Shown here: positions 13,615 to 26,491 of the stretch, piece after piece | Layout of the letters: each line of letters begins with the position of its first letter | How positions within the stretch are numbered: position 1 is the stretch's first letter | NCBI GenBank assembly: GCA_951406725.2 | Contig: OX597830.1 | Span: 20,336,001-20,400,000, forward strand | DNA from: Octopus vulgaris | Taxonomy: Eukaryota | Length of the DNA stretch: 64,000 nt | Direction of reading: 5' to 3' | Notes under the pieces: generated by a model | What the model was told of the DNA's origin: nothing | The model's input: only the letters and a program-made list of their open reading frames with translations | Database searches by the model: none | Translations under genes and position numbers: made by a program

Positions 13615-13967
13615 ACTGGTGGTGCTGGTACTGGTGGTGCTGGTGCTGGTGATGGTGGTGCTGGTGCTGGTGATGCTAGTGTTGGTGATGGTGTTGTTGT
13701 TGTTGGTGGTGGTGGTGTTGGTGGTGTTGGTGGTGGTGCTTCTGCTTGTGTTTGAGTATCTGATGTTTTTGTGGTTGGTGGTGGTGGTGGTAATGATGTT
13801 GTTGATGATGTAGTCCGTGTTATCTATTATTTTTTTTTTTTATCATTATTATTATCATTATTATTAGTATTACTATTATTATTTTTGTCATTATTATTAT
13901 CATTATTATTATTATTATCATTATTATTATTATTATCGTTATTATTATTATCATTATTATTATTATC

Positions 13968-14029
<62 letters not shown>

Positions 14030-14162
14030 CATTATTATTATTGCTATCATCGACGGCATCTTCTCGATGTTGTTGATGTTGCTGTTAAAGATATTATGAC
14101 AATAGCAACATCACAACCAAACTGATGTAACCAACGAGACACAAACGACAAAAAACAAAAAA

Positions 14163-14206
<44 letters not shown>

Positions 14207-14225
14207 GTAATAATAATAATAATAA
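13320..14225. repeat. Triplet-repeat mosaic (GGT/GTT/ATT)n
   Basis: Direct inspection; explains the poly-V/L/I ORFs. Confidence 0.95.
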
Positions 14226-14982
14226 ATAAATAAACAGAGAGAAAAAAAAGATGGCGACAAGATGAGCGATGGCGTCTGCGGCTGCGGCAGCGGAAGAGGA
14301 AGAGAGAAGAGGGAAGAGAGATGATGATGAAGTGGGTGAGGAGGCAAATGGGAGGTGGGAGGTGAGATGGCTAGAGAGAAAGGAAAAAGCAAGGGGTGGG
14401 GGACAAATAATTGTTATAATTACGATTACAAAACAAAAATTAGTTGTTTAAAAATAACAAAAAAACATGAAAAATTATTAAACAAACAAAAAGAAAAACC
14501 CATCCACACACCGACCCACCCATTCAATTTTTCCTTCAAAAAAAAAAAAACATAAACAAACATACCAACAAACAAGCATATTTCAAATAAAAATGTATTT
14601 TTAAAGGAGAGGTAGGATGGGGGAAATTTGATTATATCAATCGCTTATCCCCTATCGACCCCCTGTTTTCTATGTATTGTCCTCTTAATTTATTAAGACA
14701 AACTCTTATAGAAGTGGTTACATTCTTCGTTTAAACCTCTACGAAGCCTCAGCAGAACTCCCCCCCCCCGACCGTTTTCGCATACCCACCCACCCGCTTG
14801 CTCTTCCGCGTTTATCCCATCATCGTTACCCTCCTTCATCCTTCTCTTCCTCATTCCTTCCAACCCACCCCCTGTCCGCCTATTCTGGTCCTTAATTTAT
14901 TAAGACGTACCCTTATAGAATTAGATAGTAATAACTTAATAGAGGTAGGGTAACAGAAGTGGGACAGGGTGGCTTCAAATAG

Positions 14983-15046
<64 letters not shown>

Positions 15047-15057
15047 TCAGAGACAGC

Positions 15058-15140
<83 letters not shown>

Positions 15141-15719
15141 CGACAGACAGAGACAGGGAGAGCTTAAGAGAGAGTGAGAGTGAAATGGAGAGGTAGGAGA
15201 AAAGAGAGAGAGAGAGAGAGAGAGAGATACAAAATATGAAAAGATTGGGAGGGATGTAAAAATACAAAAATATAAACACGGTGCTGGAGCGTTGGCTGTG
15301 GCGCTTGTGGTAGTGATGGTGGTAGTGGTGGTGGTACAGGTGACGGAGCGATTCAAAATGGAACGTGGCGGGTGGGAGAAAAAATATGTAAATTGATCTA
15401 TATATATATATATAATATATATATGTATAAGTGTATGTATGCATATATATATATATATATATAGTTGCACAAAGAAGAGTGTATGTGTGCATGTAAGGGT
15501 GTTTGTATGTGTGTGTGTGTGTTTTGAGATGTAAGTAGGAAGTGTTCTATGTCAATAAGGTTACTCATGTGATAAGAAAAGAAAGAACAAACCGGTTACA
15601 TCAATGGATGACTGTAACTAGATAGAGAGAGAGACAGACAGACAGATAGATAGGCAGATAGACAGATACACAGATACATACTTACACATGCGCACACACA
15701 TGTGTATGAGTATATAAGC

Positions 15720-15935
15720 ACATAAATGTGAAACAAGGTGGAAAAAAAGAGTACTCAAATACCAGCAGTAGAGTAATTTGCTTTATTTAAAAGCAGCAGA
15801 AATATAACAAAAGCTGTTACTCAGGGTTTTCACGTTCCCGTTTGTCGGACAGTTTTTAACAAAACTGTCCGACGAACGAGAACGTGAAACTCTAAGAAAC
15901 AGCTTTTGTTATATTTCTGCTACTTTTAAATAAAG
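15720..15935. mobile_element. Family C hammerhead-bearing short element, fold-back (inverted) dimer
   Basis: Palindrome 15781-15935 centred on agtttttaacaaaact. Right arm aaaactgt CCGACGA acg agaa cgt GAAA ctc t aag aa acag; homologous to 45957-46116. Confidence 0.8.
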
Positions 15936-15947
15936 TATATATATATA

Positions 15948-16067
15948 TCACGTGATATCACGTGACCGACCAGTCCATCAGATGCAGTTACACATCGCTG
16001 GTCACAATGCGTTCGCATTGTTTTAGCCTTCGAATGACGCCACCCCGCTGGCTAAGCGAGCAGACCA
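15948..16067 (-). mobile_element. SINE 3'-end fragment
   Basis: cacgtgaccgaccag.ccatcagatg...acacatcg also occurs at 55981-56030; abuts (TA)n. Confidence 0.55.
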
Positions 16068-16074
16068 ATATGTC

Positions 16075-16432
16075 GTCCATAAAAAATTCTGCGTTTGCAA
16101 TACTTTTTTTCGTTCGGCGTCAACAGCCCTTCTTATCTTGTTTTCCTTGTCCTGTCTTATACTGTTTACAATTTGCACTGTCGTTACTGTCCTTTTGTTA
16201 CTATTTTTTACCCCTCTGCGAAAAGATCTCAGAATTTTAATTGATTTGCTTTTCGCAGGAAGGAAAGTTTTCTTGTCGAAGATACGTTTCGCTTTTATCC
16301 TTCGAAACATAGAGTAGATGAAAGCTTTAGCGACTGAAGAAGGGGTTTTTCCTTGTGTTAATTGTCCTGTATTCTATTTTTTATGTTTTCGTTTCTCATT
16401 GTGTTCGACGTCCTTTTTGGTGTCCTGTACTC
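16075..16432 (+). mobile_element. Structured T-rich short element ending in (TA)n, probable Penelope pLTR relic
   Basis: Hairpin tgcgaaaag...cttttcgca, plus cgaaac and ctgaaga motifs; composition like the other TA-embedded elements. Confidence 0.35.
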
Positions 16433-16511
16433 ATATATGCGTGTATATGTACATGTAGAGGTAGGTACCTACATATATGTTTATATATATGCATATGTTT
16501 TATTTTATTTA

Positions 16512-16570
<59 letters not shown>

Positions 16571-16822
16571 TATAGCTATATGTTTATATATTTTGTTCAT
16601 ATTTCATTTACGATTGTATTGAAGAATGTGTGTGTGTGTGTGTGTGTCTACCTGTCTGTCTCTCTATGCAGATGCAGGTTCTATGTCTGTGTGTACGTGT
16701 CAGTGTCTGTATGTGTTAATGTATATACATTTTTATATATATTTACACCTATATATACATATCTATACATACAACAATAGCTAACTATTTAGCGAGCTAG
16801 CTACCTCGCTAGACAGATAGAT

Positions 16823-16939
<117 letters not shown>

Positions 16940-17152
16940 CATTCGGCTCTCGATTGTAAGGTCGTGAGTTCGATACCCGGCTGCGCGATGCACCCTCGGG
17001 TAACACACTCAGCTGGCAAAAAATGAGTTGTACTTGTATATTTCAAAGGGTCAGCCCTGTCACATTCCATGTCATGCTGAATCTCTCTGAGAACTACATT
17101 AAAGGTTCCCATCTGTGGAGTACTCAGCCACTTGCACGTTAATTTCACGAGC
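16940..17152 (+). mobile_element. tRNA-derived SINE fragment (head like family D, tail like the family C-SINE at 44235-44360)
   Basis: B-box gagttcgatacc; tail gtatttcaaagggtcagcc...gtggagtactcagccacttgcacgttaatttcacgagc. Confidence 0.75.
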
Positions 17153-17501
17153 TATCTATAAATCTATTGCATGAGCTACGTATAGTATACCATACCTTGA
17201 CAGTGTGTGGACTGAGATCCCTGTTGATAGGCCCCTTGTATAAAGTAAAGTGTCAACGCTTACATTATGCAAATTAGCAGCCCCAATTCTCTGTAGATAT
17301 TGGATTTGTTAAGTATGTAACGAAACTGGTTGCTTGTCTTCCTGCTTTGTTATGTCTCTGGTCAAGTTATGGAATCAGGTCGAAAATAGATTAAGGCTGC
17401 TTATCGTGTTTTCCAGTTTACTGTGAAATGGTTAAATTTGCCGTGTTTATTTATCTACTAAGTGGGTCGGGACTGTCACATTGAGTTGACAGTATACGAC
17501 A

Positions 17502-17535
<34 letters not shown>

Positions 17536-17543
17536 CCTATGTA

Positions 17544-18829
17544 TCAGGTCATCCCATAAGTTTTGTCCGAATTTTAAATAAAGAAAACAAGTGATCAAAT
17601 GTTATATTTAATTGAAATTTAATCATCAATGTACTTTCCCCTCATTAACTATGACTTCCTTCTATCTATTTACAAGCTTTTTTAATCCAATCAATGTAAA
17701 GATTTTGGTTTCAAGGCGAAGAACTCTGAGATGTCTGTTTCGACCTCTTCCTGGCTTGCGAAAGTTATGTTCCCCAAATGATTCTGTAAACTACGAAACA
17801 AATGTTAGTCTGAAGGAGCAAGGTCGGGAGAATAAAGCGGATGAGGAATTTTTTCCAAACCAAGCTCTTCGATCTTCTGTGATGTGATCTTTGCACTGTG
17901 GGGTCGCGCATTGTCCTGATGAAACATCCACTCCTTTTCGATTCACTAAAGCGGGTTTTTTTTTCTTCAAAGCTTGGTTCAAACGCTCTAATTGACAGTA
18001 GACTTGAGCATGGATTGTTGCATTATGTGGTAACAATTCAAAGTGAATTACTCCTTTCCAATCCCACCAGATAGAGAGAAGAACCTTTTTCCCATGAAGT
18101 TCCTTTCTCGGTTGTGGTTGAGCTTTTTCCCTTTTACCAAGCCACTGTTTACTACGTTTAACATTTCGATAGAAGATCCATTTCTCGTCACCAGTCACAA
18201 GTCTATCCAAAAAGGGTGAAATGAGTTCGTGAGAATGGAGAGAAGAGCAGATGTCAACTCGGGATTTGCAGTTGCTTTCGGACAATTCACGAGGCACCAA
18301 TTTTCCAAGTTTAGGAAACTTTCCAAGTTGTAGAAGATGACGATGAACAGTTGTATGGTTTGAACTAAGCTTTATTGCCAGTTCTTCAACTGATAATGCA
18401 GGATTTTCTTCAAGTAATGCCTCAAGGAACTTATCATCAAACTCAACTGGACGTCCTGTTCGATCTTCATCTTCAAGGCTGAAATCTCCACTTCTGAATT
18501 TTGCAAACCATCATCTGCAAGTTCTTTCATTCAAGCATTCTTTCCCATAAAATGAGTGTACGTTTCGAATCGCTTCAGCTGCAGAGTTTCCTTTTTTGTA
18601 CTCATAAAGCATTATGTTCCTCAAATGCTCTTTGAATACTTCCATGTTAGAAAGGGTTTTAATCAAAGAAATTTTAATTCTATTATTCTGTAAAGTAATA
18701 TTTAATTAGTTTAAATGTACACAAATGCATAAAAATAATTTTTAATTCCATTAGACATTCTAAAATACTATTAAATTTCATTCAATTTTAAAAAAGCTAA
18801 AATTGGACAGAACTTATGGGATGACCTGA
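17544..18829 (-). mobile_element. Full-length (1286 bp) mariner DNA transposon, inactive
   Basis: TA-flanked TIRs tcaggtcatcccataagtt(t/c)tgtcc at both ends; DD34D transposase relic inside. Confidence 0.95.
17619..18645 (-). pseudogene. Mariner transposase pseudogene
   Basis: MEVFKEHLRNIMLYE... VPRELS... LVTGDEKWIFY... VLLSIWWDWKGVIHFELL... HQDNARPH... YSPDLAPSD... GKYIDD*, with frameshifts and stops. Confidence 0.92.
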
Positions 18830-19009
18830 TACATATACTTATATACGCACATAGACATGGCCGTTGCGTAAGTGCAAATTAAAACGCTAGTTTAGACATG
18901 TACTCGTTTCTCGCTAGTGGTGGACATTAGTGGTGGACATCTCGCTAGTGGTGGACACTTCAAGTTAAAAATTACCTGCAAAACTTACACCACAATCAAA
19001 TGACTTTCT

Positions 19010-19498
<489 letters not shown>

Positions 19499-19600
19499 GG
19501 TACTACTAAATACGAAATGAATAAACGAAATGCCGTTGTATTATTACCGATGGAAATCTTCTAAAGTGGATAATTGAAAATATATGTTTAGTATTAAGCT

Positions 19601-19631
19601 GGATCTGATGATAGTATGAAATTAGTAATCT
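19601..19631 (+). ncRNA. Degenerate minimal type I hammerhead-like motif
   Basis: ggat CTGATGA tagtat GAAA ttag TA atct: stem I ggat/atct, GUA triplet; stem II unpaired at its base. Confidence 0.4.
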
Positions 19632-19987
19632 ATATATACATATATATACATTTCGTTGTAACAAAGGATATTATTCACCTTCAAGTTATTGGAATGTAAC
19701 CAGAGCGAAATTGAAAAGTCTGTGGAATTGGTACATAACGAATGATCTTTGAAATATATCAAATGTAGAAATAGAGGTCAGTCAGGTAACTAGTGTTTAT
19801 AGGCAATATATTCGGTGCTGACAGTAATACATTGATGAATATGGTAAATACAATTCCTGGTAAAGAAATATGGAATTACCACATTTGGTCGGTGCTCATT
19901 CAGCTGTTATTTTATTTCCTGGCCAAAACGCAAATCGTGACAGCAACTGACGAGACTCCAAATAGAGCCGAAAACAATGAAAACAAT

Positions 19988-20221
19988 AAGGCGGTGAGCT
20001 GGCAGAAACGATAGCACGCCGGGCGAAATGCGTAGCCGTATTTCGTCTGCCGTTTCGTTCTGAGTTCAAATTCCGCCGAGGTCGACTTTGCCTTTCATCC
20101 TTTCGGGGTCGATAAATTAAGTACCAGTTACACACTGGGGTCGATGTAATCGACTTAATCCGTTTGTCTGTCCTTGATTGTCCCCTCTGTGTTTAGCCCC
20201 TTGTGGGTAGTAAAGAAATAG
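19988..20221 (+). mobile_element. SINE family A, full length
   Basis: tRNA-like head aaggcggtgagctggcagaa...gagttcaaattcc, core gcctttcatcctttcggggtcgataaa; imperfect TSD gaaaacaat/gagaacaat. Confidence 0.93.
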
Positions 20222-20303
20222 AGAACAATGGAAGGGATCATAAAACTCATTCAAAAACGAAACCTAACACGGCACCTCGTTAAAAAGATACTGGTTGTTC
20301 CCT

Positions 20304-20620
20304 GTCAACTGATAATGAAGGATTTTCTTCAAGTAATGCCTCAGGGAGCTTATCATCAAACTCAACCGGACGTCCTGTATGGATGTAATCTCCAGAGATA
20401 CAGGCATCCAGCAACAGGACCTCCGTAATTCTATAATGGACCGTGAAGTCTGGCGTAACATAGTAAATTCCATTGTCTCGACCACGGTCGAACAATGATG
20501 ATGATGATGGACGTCCTGTTCAATCTTCATCTTCAAGGCTGAAATCTCCATTTCTGAGTTTTGCAAGCCATCTTCTTTCATTCAAGCATTCTTTCCCATA
20601 AACTGAGTGCCATGTTTCGA
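20304..20620 (-). mobile_element. Fragment of the same mariner family as 17544-18829, interrupted by an RTE insertion
   Basis: Colinear with ~18386-18568 apart from the insert. Confidence 0.88.
20379..20508 (+). mobile_element. 5'-truncated RTE-clade LINE 3' end with 11-bp TSD
   Basis: Encodes DVISRDTGIQQQDLRNSIMDREVWRNIVNSIVSTTVEQ*, then a (tga)n tail; flanked by ggacgtcctgt at 20368-20378 and 20509-20519. Confidence 0.85.
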
Positions 20621-20905
20621 ATGGGGAAGATTACAAAATGAAAAAGGTGCGAGCAGATGATAGAAAATGTCAAAGTGTGAGAAGAGAAAACTCAGAGTAA
20701 TGTGCAGCACACAATGTTGTTGCTTCTATTTCTGTCAGCAAAGATATCATGTATGTATTACAAACAGACATACATGCATGCGTTTATGCATATATGCACA
20801 CATTCATACATACGTACATACATATGTATACGTATATGCATGCATACATACATGCATACACACATACATTCTTTCATACATACCCCTCACACACACACAC
20901 ACACT

Positions 20906-20947
<42 letters not shown>

Positions 20948-20950
20948 TAT

Positions 20951-21120
20951 AGGCGTAAGATTGGCTGTGTGGTAAGAAGCTTGTTTATCAACTACATGGT
21001 TCCGGGTTCAGTCTCACTGCGTGGCACCTTGGGCAAGTGTCTTCTACTATAGCCTTGGGCCGACCAAAGCCTTGTGAGTAGAATTTGGTAGACAGAAACT
21101 GAAAAGAAGACCATCGTATA
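20951..21120 (+). mobile_element. SINE family B, 5' part
   Basis: ggctgtgtggtaagaagcttg...ggttccgggttcagtc...ggcaccttgggcaagtgtcttctactatagcc. Confidence 0.88.
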
Positions 21121-21301
21121 TATGTATATATATATATATATATTTGTTGTGCAAGATTTTTTATGTGAAGTCGGGTGTTGAAACAGATATTGTTATATTT
21201 CGGAATGGTCATTTTGCCAGTTTTTTTACAGTTTTTTCAATCATTTACAATTGGCTAAACTGGCAAAATGACCATTCCGAAACATATATATATATATATA
21301 T

Positions 21302-21375
<74 letters not shown>

Positions 21376-21622
21376 TGCGTCTGTGCCCCCCCCCCCCACT
21401 AACATCGCATGGTGTGTTTACGTAGCGAGGTTAGTGATGGGGAAGTTTAGCACTTGTGGGGATGATCAATGATGGCAATGTCTAATAATTGTAGAGGTTA
21501 TCGATGATTGTAAACTCTAGTAGCGATTGGGAGAGTTTTAGATGCATGATTACTAAACATTAGAACAAATTTTATCCAGTATTATACTGTTTCTCAGCTC
21601 TGTAACATCATTTACAATAATA

Positions 21623-22887
21623 TTAGGTTGTTCCGAAAATAATGGCCGCTCTAAGTGTTGTGTTTTGAAACGCAATTTTATCATAGTATTTTAATTATAT
21701 TTTAGATTTATTTCGACATACTTAATAATTGATGTATGCTCTTTAATAATTTTCTATTTATTTCCAACAGAAGACATTCTTGAGGCATAGGCGCCCTTAA
21801 TTATGAACATGGCAAAAAAGGACCTTCGCTTACTTTTCTTGCATGAGCTCAAGCTTGGGCACAATGCCTCCCAAACTGCTGCCAATATCAACAGAGCAAG
21901 GGGAGAGGGGTCCTCAAGTCATTGCACAGTACGAAGGTGGTTTCACAAATTCCATAGTGGTAATGAGCGCCTTGAAGATGTAGAAGGTAGAGGATGGTCA
22001 TGCAGTCTTGACAATGAACAATTGAAAGCAATTGTTGAACAAAATCCACATAAAAAAATGTCAGAGAAATGTCTCAGGCATTTGGTGTCAGTATTGCAAT
22101 GGTCTCATCCAATCTGCAGAAGATTGGTATGGTGAAAAATCTCGATAAATAGGTACCGCAAAAGCTCAATGAAAATCCAGAAGTTCGGCATTTTGAAGCG
22201 TGCTCGATGCTCTTTCTGCGAACCACTAATGATTCTTTTCTTGACCGAATAGTCACTTGTGACGAAAAGTGGATCCTTTATGATAATTGTAAGCGATCGG
22301 GTCAATGGCTTGGTCGTGATGAGTCCCCTAAACATTTCCTAAGGCCAAAGTTGCATCAGCAAAAGATTATGGTGACTGTCTGGTGGTCTGCAATTGGTGT
22401 TGTTCATTACAGCTTTCTAGAAGCCAATTAGAGAATTACAGCAGAGTTTTACTGCAATCAACTCACTGAAATGCATGCTGACTTGCAAAAAATGAGACCT
22501 GCATTGGCGAATTGGCATGGCCCAATTCTGTTCCATGATAATGCAAAGCCACATGTTGCAAGAATGACGCTGCAGAAACTCACAGACTTGGGATACAAGA
22601 CTTTACCAGATCCTTCATATTCTCCTGATCTTTCACCCACTGACTACCATTTTTTAAAGCATTTAGACAGATTTTTAAGTGATGAAACTTTCAGGTCCAA
22701 ACCAGAGGTGGTCAGCTTTTAAAGATTTCTTAGCATCAAAGCCTATAATATTTTTATGAACGAGGCATAAGTTATCTCCTTGTAGATGTTCACGGCTCAT
22801 ACTTTGACTAATCAAAACATTTCTATTGTTAAGTTTTCCAGAATAAAATTGTTTCTGTAATCGGCCATTATTTTCGGAACAACCTAA
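21623..22887 (+). mobile_element. Full-length (1265 bp) mariner, Hsmar1/cecropia-like, inactive
   Basis: Perfect TA-flanked 26-bp TIRs ttaggttgttccgaaaataatggccg. Confidence 0.95.
21803..22810 (+). pseudogene. Mariner transposase pseudogene
   Basis: MAKKDLRLLFLHELKLGHNASQTAANINRA... [15 protein letters not shown]... KIMVTVWWS... LFHDNAKPH... YSPDLSPTDYHFLKHLD, split over three ORFs. Confidence 0.93.
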
Positions 22888-23026
22888 TAATAAAAAGTAT
22901 GTCGTATATTGACACCTAGACACTCACTTAAAGTCGAACTACTGGCGATTTCTTAGTCTGTACTCCAGATTTAGTTTCAAGTAAGAAGCAGTAATTGAGA
23001 TGACTCTGACAACGGTGGATCTAAAG

Positions 23027-23884
23027 CAGTGGTGCTCAACCATTTTTTTGCCTATGAACTCCTTTTGTTCCTATTTTATTCTACTAAACCTCCATGTTAA
23101 AAAAATACTCTTTACTCTTTCGTTTCAGTCATTTGACTGCGGCCATGCTAGAGCACCGCTTCTAGTCGAGCAAATTGACCCCAGGACTTTTTCTTTGTAA
23201 GCCTAGTACTTATTCTATCGGTTTCTTTTGCCGAACCGCGAAATTACGGGGACGTAAACCCACCAGCATCGGTTGTCAAGCGATGTTGGGGGGACAAACA
23301 AAGACACGCAAACATACACACACACATACGTATATATATATATTTCTTTACTGCCAACAAGGAGCTAAACATAGAGGGTACAAACACGGACAGACAAAGG
23401 GATTAAGTCGATTACATCGACCCCAGTGCGTAACTGGTGCTTATTTAATCGACCCCGAAAGGATGAACGGCTAAGTCGACCTCGGCGGATTTTGAACTCA
23501 GAACGTAACGGCAGACAAAATACGGCTACGCATTTCGCCTGGCGTGCTAACGTTTCTGTCAGCTCGCCGTATATACATATATACGATGGGCCTCTTTTCA
23601 GTTTCCATCAACCAGATCCACTCACAAGGCTTTGGTCGGCCCGAGGCTATAGTAGAAGACAATTGTCCAAGGTGCCACGCAATGAGACTAAACCATGTGA
23701 TTGGTAAGCAAGTTACTTACCACACAGCCACTCCTGTGATTTAATATTATCAAGATTTGTATAAAAAAATTCTTTAAATATTTTGTGCATTGTAGAAGTA
23801 TAACCAAATTATTGTTCATAAGCTTCAATAATAAAATCTTATGTGAACCTCAAGGGTCTTATGCACCCTGGTTGAGAACCACTG
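23027..23884. mobile_element. hAT (Charlie-like) MITE carrying nested SINEs
   Basis: TIRs cagtggtgctcaacca / tggttgagaaccactg; 8-bp TSD atctaaag (23019-23026) / gtctaaag (23885-23892). Confidence 0.85.
23106..23735 (-). mobile_element. SINE family B with a SINE family A copy (23341-23570, minus) inserted in its internal microsatellite
   Basis: B tail (cagtcatttgactgcggccatgct) and B head flank a complete A copy. Confidence 0.9.
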
Positions 23885-23960
23885 GTCTAAAGGAAGAGGC
23901 TTTGCTCGTGGCACGGTCTGGAGGTAAAGAGTTCGCCAATGGTATAGATTATCCATCTAT

Positions 23961-24195
23961 AAGGCAGCGAGCTGGCAGACACGTTAGCACGCCGGGCAAA
24001 ATGCTTAGCGGTATTTCATCTGGCATTACGTTCTGAGTTCAAATTCAGCCGAGGTCGACTTTGCCTTTCATCCTTTCGGGGGTCGATAAATTAAGTACCA
24101 GTTACGCACTGGGGTCGATGTAATCGACTTAATCCGTTTGTCTGTCCTTGTTTGTCACCCTCTGTGTTTAGCCCCTTGTGGGTAGTAAAGAAACG
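23961..24195 (+). mobile_element. SINE family A, full length with 16-bp TSD
   Basis: ggtatagattatccat (23941-23956) / ggtatagactatccat (24196-24211). Confidence 0.93.
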
Positions 24196-24245
24196 GGTAT
24201 AGACTATCCATGTTTTCGTCCAATCAGAAGATAATGTGTTCATAG

Positions 24246-24450
24246 TTCCGTCTGGAAGAAAAGATTGTAGCTATGCTTTCATCTGGAGGATGAGGATATA
24301 TGCCTGGCTTGATCTGGAAAAAGTGTCTGTGTTTGGAGGAAGAGAATCCGTTCATTCTTTCGTCTGGAGAAAAAGGTTGTGTGCCCTTAATTTCGTCTGG
24401 AGATAGAGGATTTGCGCATGGTTGAGATTGGAGGAAAAGGCTGTGTTTAT
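24246..24450. repeat. Degenerate ~33-bp tandem repeat (core ttcgtctggag)
   Basis: tctgga(g/a) recurs near 24251, 24282, 24313, 24363 and 24396, with weaker copies between. Confidence 0.6.
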
Positions 24451-24951
24451 GGTTCGGTTGGGCGGGAACGTCTGTACGCATGCGCTTTGATGGTACATTT
24501 TACATTGAGCTGCAAGTTTAAATGGATACATAGATGAATATATATGAATATATGAAAATACAAACTCTAAACAAAACTGGATGTATGTGTACATGCGTGC
24601 GCATATATGTCTATCGGTTGTTATATATCTACTTACCTTTGTGTCTACCTACCTATCTACCTACCTACACACACTCACATACATACATACATACATACAT
24701 ACATACATACATACATACATACTTATCTATTTACCTACAAAACCTGTCTACATATCTACCTACATAACTATCTACTCATCTATCTGTCTATCCTTCTATC
24801 TAATTTAGCTACCTACCTACCTAACTACTTATCCCTTTCACTCTCTCTGCTTCTCTCTCCTTCTCCGTAACTATCTAACTTACTACCTGTCTTTCTAATT
24901 ATCTACCTGTTTATGTCTACATGTTTGTCTATTTGGGATCTGTTTATTAGC

Positions 24952-25063
<112 letters not shown>

Positions 25064-25114
25064 TTATATATCGATCTATCTATCTACCTATTTGTCCATC
25101 AACATATCTGTCTA

Positions 25115-25160
<46 letters not shown>

Positions 25161-25350
25161 TCCTTTTGTCTTTCTATCCATCTGTCAACGTACCTCATCC
25201 AGACATCTTCGCTCCACTTCCGTTTCGGTGCGTCTGTCTCAATCCAACAAACAACCTTACCTTTCTTGCTTGCCTGCTTGTCTGTCCGTCTGTCTCTCTG
25301 CCTGTCTGTGCGTCTGTATCTACTCAACACACAGCCACTCCTACCTTCAG

Positions 25351-25407
<57 letters not shown>

Positions 25408-25679
25408 TTCTTTCTTTCTTTCTTTCCAGCCCATTGCCATACCCTGCCACTCGCCACACCACCCACGTCTCTAATTAACCGTGAAGTAACCCTAATCTGT
25501 AGGAAACACTCGGTATAATCTGAGGAATTTAATTAGACAATGCCGGACCCCCACCCACCCAACTCCCACGCACCACTACGTTCCCTCCTCAGCCCTACCC
25601 CACCCCACCCCACCCCTCCACATCTGTCCGTTCCCTAACTTCCCAATGTCTGCTACTTAACCAGCTATGACACCAACAC

Positions 25680-25777
25680 TAACACCACCACCACCACAAC
25701 AACAACAACAACAATAACAACAACAGCAACAACGACACGACGACAGCAACAACAACAAGCAAACTTTATCCATCGCT

Positions 25778-25820
<43 letters not shown>

Positions 25821-26263
25821 ACACCAACATGGCCGTCGTTAGCAAGGTTCATCTCAACAGCTCATCGTTCGCTTATAAGTCGTCTTTATCGCTTTAAGGA
25901 TGATACGGCGATGAAGACGTCGTCGTCGACGACGAGGATTATAACGACTACGACGACGATGAAGAGTATGATGATGATGATGATGATGGTGACGACGATA
26001 ACTGATGTTCGTGATGGTTATGGAGGCAGCGATGGTGGCGTTGAGGATAATGATGACGACGACGACAAGGGCCATTATGATGGTAACGACGACGACGACA
26101 ATGATGATGATGATGAGGAGGAGGAGGAGGATACTGATAAGGAGGAAATGGAGGAGGTGGAGGAGAGGGGAGGAGAACGAGGTGGAAGATGATTGTTGAC
26201 GATGTCGACGACGACGATGGTGATGACGATGACCACGACGATGACGGCGACGACGACAACGAC

Positions 26264-26306
<43 letters not shown>

Positions 26307-26426
26307 CGGTGTAGGGAGAGGAAGAGGAGGACAATAATGATGATGATGGTGAAGTTTATTGTTGTCATTGGTGGTAGACATGGCGGTGGATGTATTGGGG
26401 ACGGAATCGTAACGAAGCTGTTATAG

Positions 26427-26491
<65 letters not shown>

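Noticed and set aside
16265-16345. Possible hammerhead variant (TTGTCGA...GAAA...GTA; later CTGAAGA)
   Set aside because: Core and stems too degenerate in a single copy.
21803-22722. Domesticated SETMAR-like gene
   Set aside because: Multiple stops and frameshifts, intact TIRs, no SET domain.
24246-24450. CRISPR-like repeat-spacer array
   Set aside because: Eukaryotic context, short degenerate cores, spacers related to each other, no cas genes.
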